DNA of 64,000 nucleotides from Eledone cirrhosa (Eukaryota): NCBI GenBank assembly GCA_964016885.1, contig OZ024761.1, positions 5,270,001 to 5,334,000 of the forward strand, read 5' to 3'. Shown piece by piece: positions 1 to 12,748 of this stretch (position 1 is its first letter; each line of letters starts with the position of its first letter). The notes under the pieces were generated by a model. It saw only the letters and a program-made list of their open reading frames with translations, ran no database searches and was not told where the DNA came from. The position numbers and the translations under genes were made by a program.

Positions 1-456
1 ATAGAACATTGTCTAGTTCAAGAAGTTCTTGTCTAACTTGACATAGACCTGGTATTAGATCAAGACTTATCCCAGTTTACTAAGTTACTACTGTACATTA
101 GACTTATGTCTATAGAACATTGTTTAGTTCAAGAAGTTCTTGTCTAACTTGACATAGACCTGGTATTAGACCAAGACTTATCCCAGTTTACTAAGTTACT
201 ATTGTACATTAGACTTATGTCTATAGAACATTGTTTAGTTCAAGGGGTTCTTGACTAAGTTGACATAGACCTGGTAATAGATCAAGACTTATCCCAGTTT
301 ACTAAGTTACTACTGTACATTAGACTTCTGTCTATAGAACATTGTCTAGTTCAAGAAGTTCTTGTCTAACTTGACATAGACCTGGTATTAGACCAAGACT
401 TATCCCAGTTTACTAAGTTACTATTGTACATTAGACTTCTGTCTATAGAACATTGT
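1..456. repeat. 111-bp tandem repeat, about 4 copies visible (runs off the window start), intronic
   Basis: ATAGAACATTG recurs at 1, 112, 223, 334 and 445. Confidence 0.95.
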
Positions 457-532
457 CATATGTTCTGTCACAGATAAATAACATTTCAGGTAAAGTTAAA
501 TACAATCTATGTTTATTGTGTCATTGTTTCAG

Positions 533-654
533 TGGAGGTGGAGTAAATTCAATTGATGTAAATATTGGTACAAATCACAATAATAGGAGAGGCAAATACT
601 TTTTAGCAGCTGCTAGTTGGAGGGTCCACCCTCAATACACTAGAAGTCCCATGC
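533..654 (+). CDS. S1A (chymotrypsin-like) serine protease, internal exon A (phase 2/1); upstream exons carrying His57 lie outside the window
   Basis: Acceptor tgtttcAG at 531-532, donor GTAAGT at 655. Encodes GGGVNSIDVNIGTNHNN...SWRVHPQYTRSPM (HPxY motif) and joins in frame to the NDIA exon. Confidence 0.85.
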
Positions 655-751
655 GTAAGTATCTTCTTATGGTTATATAACTATATTCTCAATAGAAATG
701 CACTAATATGTAAATATACCTTAGTATATATTTTCTTTAACTTTAAATTGA

Positions 752-755
<4 letters not shown>

Positions 756-838
<83 letters not shown>
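756..838. repeat. (TA)n microsatellite
   Basis: Uninterrupted TA run. Confidence 0.95.
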
Positions 839-841
<3 letters not shown>

Positions 842-1589
842 TAAAAAAATATTGTTCTTTTCTATATGTTTGAAATTAAATTAAACTTTTCAAATATTCT
901 CCCAGTTTCAAGAGTTCCACTGAGTTATTCGATTTTATGTGGAATGATCAATCGATTTCGATCAATTTTTAAAAATCATGTATTTTTGGTTTTCAGCATT
1001 TATTGCTTTCATAATCAATTGAATGTAAACTGAACACCTAAACATGAGCTAAACACTTGGATGCGAGTGGAACACTTGGATGCGAGATAAAGACCTTAAT
1101 ACTAAGCTGAACACTTTAATGGAAGTTTAATATTTAAACATGAGCTAAACACATCAATATGTATTAAATATCTGAATGTGAACTTAACATTACCTAAATG
1201 TGGGCTAAACAGAACACCAAGGTGGAGTGGTCACTGTTCATACTGCCTGATTGGTGGAGGGCTGTGAGCACCTGAACACATTCCAGTTTCCAAGCTCTCC
1301 TTCTCTGTCTCCACTTGACCCAGGACTGCAACTCCATCAAGAAGACAAGCTGGGGTAACATGTGTTCTGGTCAATAGCGACCACACCTGTTCATCTTTAT
1401 GGAAAAGATTGAGATGATGTAGCCTTGGCGCATGTTTGCACATCATCAGCCATGGCATTCCCAGGCCTCGATGCAGCAGGTGTTGACAGTAGATTGACCG
1501 TCTGACTATCAGAACACACAAAACCACAAGTTCAACAACAACTAGATGTTATTTGAACAGTTAGAGGGGAAGAAAGAGACAATGATGCT

Positions 1590-3030
1590 ACCCCTGGGGT
1601 TGAACAGAACAACACATTTTGGAGAGGGATTTGGGAGCAGGATTTTGAGCTTAATAATCGGGCAGAGTTGATTGAGACTGTTAAAAAGGTGGATAATAAA
1701 TGAGCATGCCACCAACCTGATTTGAGTATCTCGGTTGGAACCCTTAAAAAGAAGGCCAATATATTAACCAACTGGAAATCACCAGGCCCAGATGGTGTAC
1801 AAGGATTAAAACTATAACCTCTTTCCACCCGATACTGACGGCTATGTTCAATGATTGCTTGGTGTCGGGTGAAGTACCACAGTGGTTGACAAAAGGTACC
1901 GCGGTTCTAATAATGTAAGACCAAGCCAAGAGAAATGACGTTACCAAATATAGGCCTATCACATGTCTGTCTTTGATGTGGAAATTGTTAACAAGAATTA
2001 TGTCTGAAGAAATCTACAACCACCTCGACATAAACAGGAGCAACTCTAGATCGAAGTGGACGAAACACCACATTGAGAAGGAGGAGGCTAGCCCTCTCTG
2101 TAGGATCTGTGGAGAGAGAGGAAACTGTGGCTCACATCGTATCTGAATGTAAACTTCTGGCCCTGACTCATTATAAAGCATGGAGGCATGATATTATAGG
2201 AAAACTGATCCACTGGCATTTACGCAAACTAAATAACTTAGCTCATTCTGAGAAATGGTATGAGCATAAGCCAAAGTTGGGGATAGAATATGATATGGTG
2301 AAGGTGTAGCAGTAATATATATCCTTTGTAATTAAATGTATTTTCCTTCGGCGGAAGAAAACGGTTACAGAAGTAAATTGGCGGAAGTGTGAGCCAATCA
2401 AAACTTTCGGTGTAGCGATACAAGTAACTAGACTACTTAGACCAGAGAACGGAAGTTAAGACAGAAGACCAGTCTCCAGAAAAATCTGCTATCATCAACA
2501 CGTCGATTCTTTGATACGCCATATCCTGTCGTATATCACACATGGAAATACAGGCAAAATGAGTTTCACAGTGTGAAGCAAGAATAAATGAAGTACATAC
2601 TTATAATGGAGTTTGTCTATTTAATGCCTTCTGATCTAATGACTTACATTCTTCATTATAAAGGTGCTGTGGGATTTCATGATACAAACAGATAAAGAAT
2701 TAGAACACAATACGCCTGACCTTATGGTTTTTGACAAGGAAAAAAGACCTTGCTTGATTATAGATCTAGTTTGTCCCTTTGACAGAAATGTGCAAGGAAA
2801 GTAGGAGAAAATTAAATGATACCAGGATCTGAAATGGGAACTGAAAAGGATTTGGGTAAATCATGAGATCAAGGTCATTCCCACCATCATAGGAGCACTA
2901 GGTACTATCTCCAAGAGTTTCCAAGGCTGGTTAAAAAAAACAATAGCCCAGTCCCCATATTTGGAAGACTTCTAAAAACATGCCTCCTGGGAACAGCAAA
3001 GAGACTCCAATACATCCTGAATATCTGAGG
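1590..3030 (+). mobile_element. Decayed, internally deleted non-LTR retrotransposon with restriction-like endonuclease (R4/Dong-like)
   Basis: Translates to NWKSPGPDGVQG and YRPITCL..MWKLLT (RT N-terminal part), ETVAHIVSECK..RHD (CCHC knuckle region) and VLWDFMIQTD..NTPDL (PD-D/ExK endonuclease), with stops and frameshifts. Confidence 0.8.
2305..2660. mobile_element. Probable solo LTR (356 bp) nested in the R4/Dong-like element
   Basis: Begins TGTAG and ends ATTATA (decayed ..CA). AAGG duplicated at 2301-2304 and 2661-2664. Internal AATAAA near 2583. Excision restores the frame MVKVLWDF. Confidence 0.7.
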
Positions 3031-3183
3031 CTGCAAGATAGCAGCTTGATGTTCATTAGGCCATATTTTCCAGTTAAATAATGTAGAGACAAGGTACCAC
3101 ATTTCTGGCTTTCCTCACTCCCGTGCACTCACAATATATTAATTAAGCTAATAATTCTAATTTTTATTTAATATTTGTAAAAG

Positions 3184-3318
3184 GTAATGACATTGCTATG
3201 ATACGTCTTCCACAATCGGTACAGTTTGGAAATTGTGTACAGGCAGCTACACTTCCTGCAGCAGGAGAGACATTTGATGGCAGAAGATGTATTGCAGCTG
3301 GATGGGGTCAAACTGGAT
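3184..3318 (+). CDS. S1A serine protease exon B containing catalytic Asp102 (phase 1/1)
   Basis: AG at 3182-3183, GT at 3319. Encodes RNDIAMIRLPQSVQFGNCVQAATLPAAGETFDGRRCIAAGWGQTG (NDIA and GWG motifs). Confidence 0.92.
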
Positions 3319-3379
3319 GTAATAATTTATTTTAAATTATCTCCCTTTCGTTCTCCCCACCCCCCCTCTCTATCTCTCC

Positions 3380-3570
3380 ATATATGGACTGTCATATTTC
3401 TGTTTCTTTTTGTTATTAGTATGTCTAAGGAAGGGAGTTTTCCGTTATTAAATTCCATAACAAACTGGATGAAAGAGTTTAAATCATTAATGAGGCTTTT
3501 GAAAATTCCTGAGTTCGTCAAGATTTTCCCTCCACAAAATAAACCAATCATCGTTTCCAGTTTTCTTTTA
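3380..3570 (-). mobile_element. Penelope-like element reverse transcriptase fragment
   Basis: INDLNSFIQFVMEFNNGKLPSLDILI resembles the PLE RT motif LNS..I.FT.E...LPFLD. Confidence 0.65.
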
Positions 3571-4034
3571 TATAGCAATGACACTCCGACAAAGAATGAC
3601 AACCCATAGACCAGAAATCAGAACCCCGTATACTAGAAAGATCCCTCTAAGCAAACATTAAAGTGTTTTCTGTGTTCAAATAGAAATTGAGACAAAAATG
3701 TTAATTTCTAGTGTCAACATGTCATGTCTAGATATAACTAGCAAGTATTGTTGTTATTGTTGTAAGTGGTCAAGAGAAGCATGTTAAATTAATGAAGGAT
3801 CTTATATTCTTGTTATATCTCCATATATTCTCTATAGTGACCTTCCTTCTATAAGATGCTGAAGTCTGATTTCAAAGAGATTTGGTTACTATTTCTAGCC
3901 GTTTGAATGACCATGTAGAGGTTCATTCATGAGTCCCTGTAGAAGAAACTTAGAGGTGAAATTAGAGACTAGTTTGGTTAAAACTAATTCTTGTTGCTGA
4001 TTATTGCTATATTGAGAGAGATGTTATGTGGCCT

Positions 4035-4366
4035 GAAGCGAGAGTGTGTTGTATTACTACTCCAGAGGTATTAGACAAGACATAAAGTAGTTCCACAGTG
4101 TGTTGTATTACTACTCCAGCGGTATTAGACAAGACATAAAGTAGTTCCACAGTGTGTTGTATTACTACTCCAGAGGTATTAGACAAGACATAAAGTAGTT
4201 CCACAGTGTGTTGTATTACTACTCCAGAGGTATTAGACAAGACATAAAGTAGTTCCACAGTGTGTTGTATTACTACTCCAGAGGTATTAGAGAAGACATA
4301 AAGTAGTTCCACAGTGTTTTGTATTACTACTCCAGAGGTATTAGACAAGACATAAAGTAGTTCCAC
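4035..4366. repeat. 57-bp tandem repeat, about 6 copies, ending about 30 nt before an acceptor
   Basis: Unit GTGTGTTGTATTACTACTCCAGAGGTATTAGACAAGACATAAAGTAGTTCCACA.. Confidence 0.95.
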
Positions 4367-4398
4367 ATGGCACTACATCTGTTTTCTGTATTTTCCAG

Positions 4399-4547
4399 TT
4401 AAGAGTTCAGCATCAAGTCAGCTACTCCAAGTAGCAATGCCAGTTATTGAAAATGGTAAATGTAGAAGAAGAATGAATTATGCTTCACTCACAGACCAAC
4501 ATATTTGTGGAGGTGATTTCAACTTTGGTGGTGCCAGTACTTGTATG
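4399..4547 (+). CDS. S1A serine protease exon C (phase 1/0)
   Basis: ttttccAG at 4397-4398, GTGAGA at 4548. Encodes KSSASSQLLQVAMPVIENGKCRRRMNYASLTDQHICGGDFNFGGASTCM. Confidence 0.92.
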
Positions 4548-4593
4548 GTGAGATATCTTTTAATATCTTTTACCGAATGGTGTGGAGAATTGA

Positions 4594-4693
4594 TACATGT
4601 GTGTGTGTATGTAAGTATATATATATACATGTGTGTAAGTATATATATATTTGTGTGTGTGTAAGTATATATATATATATACATGTGTGTAAG

Positions 4694-4724
<31 letters not shown>

Positions 4725-6600
4725 AAGTATATATATACATGTGTGTGTAAGTATATATATACATGTGTGTGTAAGTATATATACATGTGTGTAAGTGTAT
4801 ATATATATATGTGTGTGAGTATTTATATACATGTGTGTGTAAGTATATATATGCATGTGTGTGTATGTATATATATACATGTGTGTAAGTATATATACAT
4901 GTGTGTGTAAGTATATATATACATGTGTGTGTAAGTATATATATATACATGTGTGTGTAAGTATATATATATACATGTGTGTGTAAGTATATATATACAT
5001 GTGTGTGTAAGTATATATATACATGTGTGTGTAAGTATATATATACATGTGTGTGTGTAAGTATAAATATAACATTGCATGTGTCCATTAAAAAACTGAT
5101 AATATATATATATATACTTACATACACATGTATATATATATATATACTTACATACACATATATGCACACAAACACATACATACATACAAACACATACACA
5201 CACACACACACACACATACATACACACACACACACATACATACACACATACATGATGGCTGCCCCCTCGTTATTGAGTATGATCATTGCGCGATATACCA
5301 TTATTTAAAATTATTAATTAATTCTATCGTGCAATGCCTGTGTGTGAAGATATTTTGTGGGGAAAGTGAAGAAAGACTGTGCACTGAGCCAATCCCACTC
5401 TCTGAGCTACAGTAGCTATAACCCTAAAAGAGGAAAAGATCAACATCATCAGTAACTACTGAACGCAGGTTTTATGTCGGAGTTATCCCAGTTTCCTGAG
5501 TTGTCTACTCCTAGAAGAATGCCCTGACAAAGGCTAGGGGTCCTTTACTCCCAGTGGTATAACTGCATGATTGGGTATTCAGCCCAATTATTTCTATGTT
5601 CCCGAGCATATACGTACAGATGCACCCATGTATATACATATATACCTATATATATATACATACATACACATGCATACATGTATATACATATATACCTATA
5701 TATATATACATACATACACATGCATACATGTATATACATATATACCTATATATATATACATACATACACATGCATACATGTATATACATATATACCTATA
5801 TATATATATATACATACATACACATGCATACATGTATATACATATATACCTATATATATATATATATACATACATACACATGCATACATGTATATACATA
5901 TATACCTATATATATATACATACATACACATGCATACATGTATATACATATTTACACAGTTTTGGATGGCCATTGACTCTTATGAGCTCTTCCGTCCTTT
6001 GTCAGGTTTTGTTCTTTGTCCTGCAGGGTGTCCAAAATCACACTCCTCACCAACTTGGTGGGGTTGCCAGTTTAGTCGTTGATGACCCGACCATGCTACA
6101 GGATGTACTGGGTTACATGTTACCAATAGCACTCAAGAGTGACCCGACACATATATATATATATACATACACAAACACTCAAACACATACACACATATAT
6201 ATACATACATACACACATACACACTGAAACACATCCACACATATATATACATACATACACACATACACACTGAAACACATCCACACATATATATACATAC
6301 ATACACACATACACACTCAAACACATACACACATATATATACATACATACACACATACACACTCAAACACATACACACACATATATATATATATATATAT
6401 ACTTTCACTTCCATTCAATCTCACTCTCTCTCTTTTTCTGGTAGAAATCTGCTATATTGAGTCACATACACACTCACACACACATACATACATACATACA
6501 CACACACATACATACACACTCACATACATACATACACACTCACATACACATACATACACATACATACACATACATACATACACAGATACATACATACAAG
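4594..6600. repeat. Compound TA/CA/TG microsatellite blocks (4594-5252, 5627-5952, 6148-6600)
   Basis: Low-complexity dinucleotide-derived units; source of the YIYT/CVCV ORFs. Confidence 0.9.
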
Positions 6601-6601
6601 A

Positions 6602-8052
6602 ATGATTATTTCATCTTAAGATAGCCATCTCAACACCACCTAAACCATTATTACAAGTCTATACCATCACATGATTGCTTCATCTTAAGATAGCCATCTC
6701 AACACCACCTAATCCATCATTACAAGTCTATACTATCACATGATTGCTTCATCTTATGATAGCCATCTCAACACCACCTAATCCATCATTACAAGTCTAT
6801 ACTATCACATGATTGCTTCATCTTATGATAGCCATCTCAACACCACCTAAACCATCATTACAAGTCTATATCATCACATGATTGCTTCATCTTATGATAG
6901 CCATCTCAACACCACCTAAACCATCATTACAAGTCTATACTATCACATGATTGCTTCATCTTATGATAGCCATCTCAACACCACCTAAACCATCATTACA
7001 AGTCTATACTATCACATGATTGCTTCATCTTATGATAGCCATCTCAACACCACCTAAACCATCATTACAAGTCTATATCATCACATGATTGCTTCATCTT
7101 ATGATAGCCATCTCAACACCACCTAAACCATCATTACAAGTCTATACTATCACATGATTGCTTCATCTTATGATAGCCATCTCAACACCACCTAAACCAT
7201 CATTACAAGTCTATACTATCACATGATTGCTTCATCTTATGATAGCCATCTCAACACCACCTAAACCATCATTACAAGTCTATATCATCACATGATTGCT
7301 TCATCTTATGATAGCCATCTCAACACCACCTAAACCATCATTACAAGTCTATATCATCACATGATTGCTTCATCTTATGATAGCCATCTCAACACCACCT
7401 AAACCATCATTACAAGTCTATACCATCCGATGATTACTTCATCTTATGATAGCCATCTCAACACCACCTAAACCATCATTACAAGTCTATACTATCACAT
7501 GATTGCTTCATCTTATGATAGCCATCTCAACACCACCTAAACCATCATTACAAGTCTATACCATCACATGATTGCTTCATCTTATGATAGCCATCTCAAC
7601 ACCACCTAAACCATCATTACAAGTCTATACTATCACATGATTACTTCATCTTATGATAGCCATCTCAACACCACCTAAACCATCATTACAAGTCTATACT
7701 ATCACATGATTACTTCATCTTATGACAGCCATCTCAACACCACCTAAACCACCATTACAAGTCTATACCATCCCATGATTGCTTCATCTTATGATAGCCA
7801 TCTCAACATCACCTAAACCATCATTACAAGTCTATACCATCCCATGATTGCTTCATCTTATGATAGCCATCTCAACACCACCTAAACCATCATTACAAGT
7901 CTATACCATTACATGATTGCTTCATCTTATGATAGCCATCTCAGCACCACCTAAACCATCATTACAAGTCTATACCATCCCATGATTGCTTCATCTTATG
8001 ATAGCCATCTCAACACCACCTAAACCATCATTACAAGTCTATACCATCGCAT
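6602..8052. repeat. 69-bp minisatellite, about 21 copies, in the last protease intron
   Basis: TGATTGCTTCATCTT recurs at 6672, 6741, 6810 and onward. Confidence 0.95.
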
Positions 8053-8283
8053 GTGTACGGAGGTGACTTTTCAGTCCAGCAATAAAATACAATAACAACA
8101 TCCCACCCTGGGACAACATTTAAACATATGATACCTCAGTGCAAGTGACTGGGGTACCATAACTGCTCCCACCTATACTTCACCTCCTCACAAAACATAC
8201 ATAGCTATATATTTAATATACACAAAACTTGAGAGAGACCCACAGAAGATATTTAACTAATCATTGTTTTATATTTTATCCAG

Positions 8284-8442
8284 GGTGATTCTGGTGGTCC
8301 TTTCTACTGTCCCAGTAGAAATGGTCAAATGGTTGTGGCTGGTATTACATCATTTGGTTATGATTGTGCTAAAGATGCTGCTATCTTTACAAGTGTATCT
8401 TACTTCAGAGACTGGATCCTATCAACTTTAAATTCATTATAG
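8284..8442 (+). CDS. S1A serine protease terminal exon with catalytic Ser195
   Basis: ttttatccAG acceptor. Encodes GDSGGPFYCPSRNGQMVVAGITSFGYDCAKDAAIFTSVSYFRDWILSTLNSL, TAG at 8440-8442. Confidence 0.95.
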   Translation, partial: GDSGGPFYCPSRNGQMVVAGITSFGYDCAKDAAIFTSVSYFRDWILSTLNSL

Positions 8443-8494
8443 ATTGTTGAAACCAGTTGAGAGAAAATTGAACTTGATATCTCAAACATTATTG

Positions 8495-8500
8495 AATAAA
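8495..8500 (+). terminator. Putative polyadenylation signal of the protease gene
   Basis: AATAAA about 50 nt after the stop, followed by a GT/T-rich tract (gttttctgtcttgtattt). Confidence 0.7.
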
Positions 8501-9069
8501 AGAGATTTTCACTGAATAATATGTTTTCTGTCTTGTATTTACATCTATTTTCCTGTTAAAACTGATACCATGAAGATCAATTGTATAGTAAGTGTTTTGT
8601 GACCTCCAGGTTATGTCCTTATGAGTGTGACCCAACCCACAAAATTATGACATACAAATAGAAAAATGATCAAATATGCTGTACCCTCTCGCCAAACATG
8701 TCAATCGTGGCTCATGTCCCACAACCCAGTCACTCTGCCTTTCGACATATGAAACCCAGCCATTTCCCTGACTCTATCAAATTCCTGATTTCTTCTGTGG
8801 GAGTAATCTTTCTTTTCTAGGTTTTTTTCATTTGTTTTAAACCAATCTGACATTCTGCTCACTCACAAATAACTCCTTTTTTCCGGGAGTAAGGGGTACC
8901 CTCAGAGTTACACATGAACTGTTTAAATTTATGGAAAATCAATCCCTTCACACTGAAGTGTGTTTTGATCCTTCATTTTCTTGTTGTGGAAAGTGTTGTA
9001 AACTTAAGTGTTACACAATTTCTAAATTCACCATTCCTTTGATTAAAGGTTGTATGAAAGAGCAATCAT

Positions 9070-9297
9070 TACACCCCAATTTCTCAACAGTCTGGAACTA
9101 TCCAGTATGTTACCACACAACCTTGAATTGAAGAACTCCACAGTCATCATGTTTCTCAGAAACCTGGATCAGCCAAGATTGTGCATTGGAACACATAGTT
9201 GTGATCCAGCCTCACATTATCGGAGCCAAAATCCTCACTGGATGTTGTAGGGAGACATTGTATTTGTACCTAGAATACCGATAATACCAACAGATGT
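9070..9297 (+). mobile_element. Helitron RepHel (Pif1-like helicase) fragment
   Basis: PQFLNSLELSSMLPHNLELK..IMFLRNLDQPRLCIGT..ILTG..DIVFVPRIPIIPTD matches the Helitron helicase consensus FLNSL..LPPH.L.LK..IMLLRNL..LCNGT..PRIPLIPSD. Confidence 0.8.
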
Positions 9298-10104
9298 CCT
9301 AGAATACCTATAATACCAACAGATGTCCCAGAGTACCGATAATACTAACAGATGTCCTAGAGTAATGATAATACCAACAGATGTCCTAGAATAGTGATAA
9401 TACCAACAGATGTTCTAGAGTACCGATAATACCAACACATGTCCTAGAGTAATGATAATACCAACAGATGTCCCAGAATACCGATAATACCAACAGATAT
9501 CCTAGAGTACCGATAATACCAACAGATGTCCTAGAATACCTATAATACTAACAGATGTCCTAGAGTACTGATAATACCAACAGATGCCCTAGAATACTAA
9601 TAATATTAACAGATATCCTAGAATACCGATAATACCAACAGATGTCCTAGAATACCGATAATACCAACAGATGTCCTAGAGAACCGATAATACCAACATA
9701 TGTCCTAGAGTACCGATAATACCAACAGATGTCCCAGAGTACCGATAGTACCAACAGGTATCCTAGAATACCTATAATACCAACAGATGTCCTAGAATAC
9801 CGATAATACAAACAGATGTTCTAGAATACCAGAAGTACCAACAGATGTGCTAGAATACCGATAATACCAACAGATGTCCTAGAGTACCGATAATACCAAC
9901 ATATGTCCTAGAGTACCTATAATACCAACATATGTCCTAGAATACCGATAATACCAGCAGATGTTCTTGAATACCGATAATACCAACAGATGTCCTAGAA
10001 TACCGATAATACCAACAGATGTTCTAGAATACCGATAATACCAGCAGATGTTCTAGAATACCGATAATACCAACAGATGTCCTAGAATACCGATAATACC
10101 AACA
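9269..10104. repeat. 29-bp minisatellite, about 29 copies
   Basis: Unit CCTAGAATACCGATAATACCAACAGATGT. Confidence 0.95.
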
Positions 10105-10366
10105 GGATGATCATTTTAACAATTACAAAATCAATTGAATCTATATAAAATATGTGTATTGATACATAAATGACTCAAGAAGGTTTGGTCGTTGTCTCTC
10201 AGTGAAATAAAATATCGTATTATAGCTTCTGGTTAATTTGAACAAATGATCTGAATTGGGGAATTCTTGCTGGCACTACCGTCAATATTTATTGAATAAT
10301 TGACAACTACTAACTTCTAAACAACCACAAAATTTGAGTGACTTCTACCCGTCCATCCGTCTATCT

Positions 10367-10940
10367 GTCACACACTAGAGATGACTGAGGAAGGAAGGGG
10401 TGATGACGTCACACACTAGAGATGACCGAGGAAGGAAGGGGTGATGACGTCACACACTAGATATGACTGAGGAAGGAAAGGGTGATGACGTCACACTCTA
10501 GAGATGACTGAGGAAGGAAGGGGTGATGACGTCACACACTAGAGATGACTGAGGAAGGAAGGGGTGATGACGTCACACACTAGAGATGACTGAGGATGGA
10601 AGGGGTGATGACGTCACACACTAGAGATGACTGAGGAAGGAAGGGGTGATGACGTCACACACTAGAGATGACTGAGGAAGGAAGGAGTGATGACGTCACA
10701 CATTAGAGATGATTGAAGAAGCAAGGGGTGATGACGTCAATCACTAGAGATGACTGAGGAAGGAAGGGATGATGACGTCACACACTAGAGATGACTGAGG
10801 AAGGAAGGGGTGATGATGTCACACACTAGAGATGACTGAGGAAGGAAGGGGTGATGATGTCACACACTAGAGATGACTGAGGAAGGAAGGGGTGATGTCG
10901 TCACACACTAGAGATGACTGAGGAAGGAAGGTGTGATGAC
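10367..10940. repeat. About 41-bp minisatellite, about 14 copies
   Basis: Unit GTCACACACTAGAGATGACTGAGGAAGGAAGGGGTGATGAC. Confidence 0.95.
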
Positions 10941-11465
10941 AAACTACAGAAAACAGGGTTTAACATTCACTACACTTGTGTGTAGAACCTATATATACAT
11001 TTGAGCTACTTCCATCCATCACACAATGTGTGTGTGGTTGTGTGAATGTATGTGTGTGTGAAAAGAAGGAAGCAGATGGTTAAAAAACTATAGCAAAACA
11101 GATCGCGTTTCATTTGCTACGCTGTGTGTATAAATGTATGCATATACACATACACAAATGCACACACATATACACATACATATTGAAAACAATTCTAGTA
11201 TTACAAAACAACTACAGCAACAACAACAACACCATTCAGTTATGAACACTAAAATTTTGTGTAGCGCCTTCCTTGTTTTCAAGTATTTAATTCATATAAT
11301 ACTGATAAGAAAATGAAAATATCTCCTGGTTTTGCATTTGAATAAAAGAATTTATCACATATGCTGTGAATGACAAGTGACTTGTTCAACTTTTGACGAA
11401 TTTTCCAACGGTTTTCAAGCAACCAATCAAACTTCAATGTATTTGCAAAGTTTTTTTCTTCTCTT

Positions 11466-12748
11466 TTATCCTGTGAAAAAGAGACCCACCAGGTTCGCTT
11501 AGCTCAACCATCTTATCCTGTGAAGAAGAGACCCACCAGGTTCCCTTAGCTCAACCATCTTATCCTGTGAAGAAGAGACCCACCAGGTTCCCTTAGCTCA
11601 ACCATCTTATCCTGTGAAGAAGAGACCCACCAGGTTCCCTTAGCTCAACCATCTTATCCTGTGAAGAAGAGACCCACCAGGTTCCCTTAACTCAACCATC
11701 TTATCCTGTGAAGAAGAGACCCACCAGGTTCCCTTAGCTCAACCATCTTATCCTGTGAAGAAGAGACCCACCAGGTTCCCTTAACTCAACCATCGTATAC
11801 TGTGAAGAAGAGACCCACCAGGTTCCCTTAACTCAACCATCTTATCCTGTGAAGAAGAGACCCACCAGGTTCCCTTAGCTTAACCATCTTATCCTGTTAA
11901 GAAGAGACCCACCAGGTTCCCTTAACTCAACCATCTTATCCTGTGAAGAAGAGACCCACCAGGTTCCCTTAGCTCAACCATCTTATCCTGTGAAGAAGAG
12001 ACCCACCAGGTTCCCTTAACTCAACCATCGTATCCTGTGAAGAAGAGACCCACCAGGTTCCCTTAACTCAACCATCTTATCCTGTGAAGAAGAGACCCAC
12101 CAGGTTCCCTTAGCTTAACCATCTTATCCTGTTAAGAAGAGACCCACCAGGTTCCCTTAACTCAACCATCTTATCCTGTGAAGAAGAGACCCACCAGGTT
12201 CCCTTAGCTCAACCATCTTATCCTGTGAAGAAGAGACCCACCAGGTTCCCTTAGCTCAACCATCTTATCCTGTGAAGAAGAGACCCACCAGGTTCCCTTA
12301 ACTCAACCATCTTATCCTGTGAAGAAGAGACCCACCAGGTTCCCTTAGCTCAACCATCTTATCCTGTGAAGAAGAGACCCACCAGGTTCCCTTAGCTCAA
12401 CCATCTTATCCTGTGAAGAAGAGACCCACCAGGTTCCCTTAACTCAACCATCTTATCCTGTGAAGAAGAGACCCACCAGGTTCCCTTAGCTTAACCATCT
12501 TATCCTGTGAAGAAGAGACCCACCAGGTTCCCTTAACTCAACCATCTTATCCTGTGAAGAAGAGACCCACCAGGTTCCCTTAGCTTAACCATCTTATCCT
12601 GTGAAGAAGAGACCCACCAGGTTCCCTTAGCTTAACTATCTTATCCTGTGAAGAAGAGACCCACCAGGTTCCCTTAGCTTAACCATCTTATCCTGTGAAG
12701 AAGAGACCCACCAGGTTCCCTTAGCTTAACTATCTTATCCTGTGAAGC
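11466..12748. repeat. 47-bp minisatellite, about 27 copies, continuous with the RTE LINE
   Basis: Unit TATCCTGTGAAGAAGAGACCCACCAGGTTCCCTTAGCTCAACCATCT. Confidence 0.95.

Noticed and set aside
3226-3609. 127-aa + strand ORF
   Set aside because: Overlaps the protease exon in the wrong frame and then the antisense of a Penelope RT fragment
4478-6414. Many overlapping YIYT/CVCV ORFs (also 22385-22701 and 25333-27145)
   Set aside because: Dinucleotide microsatellite artefacts
6602-12748. Regularly spaced repeats resembling CRISPR arrays
   Set aside because: Units are head to tail with no unique spacers, there are no cas genes, and the context is a spliced eukaryotic locus
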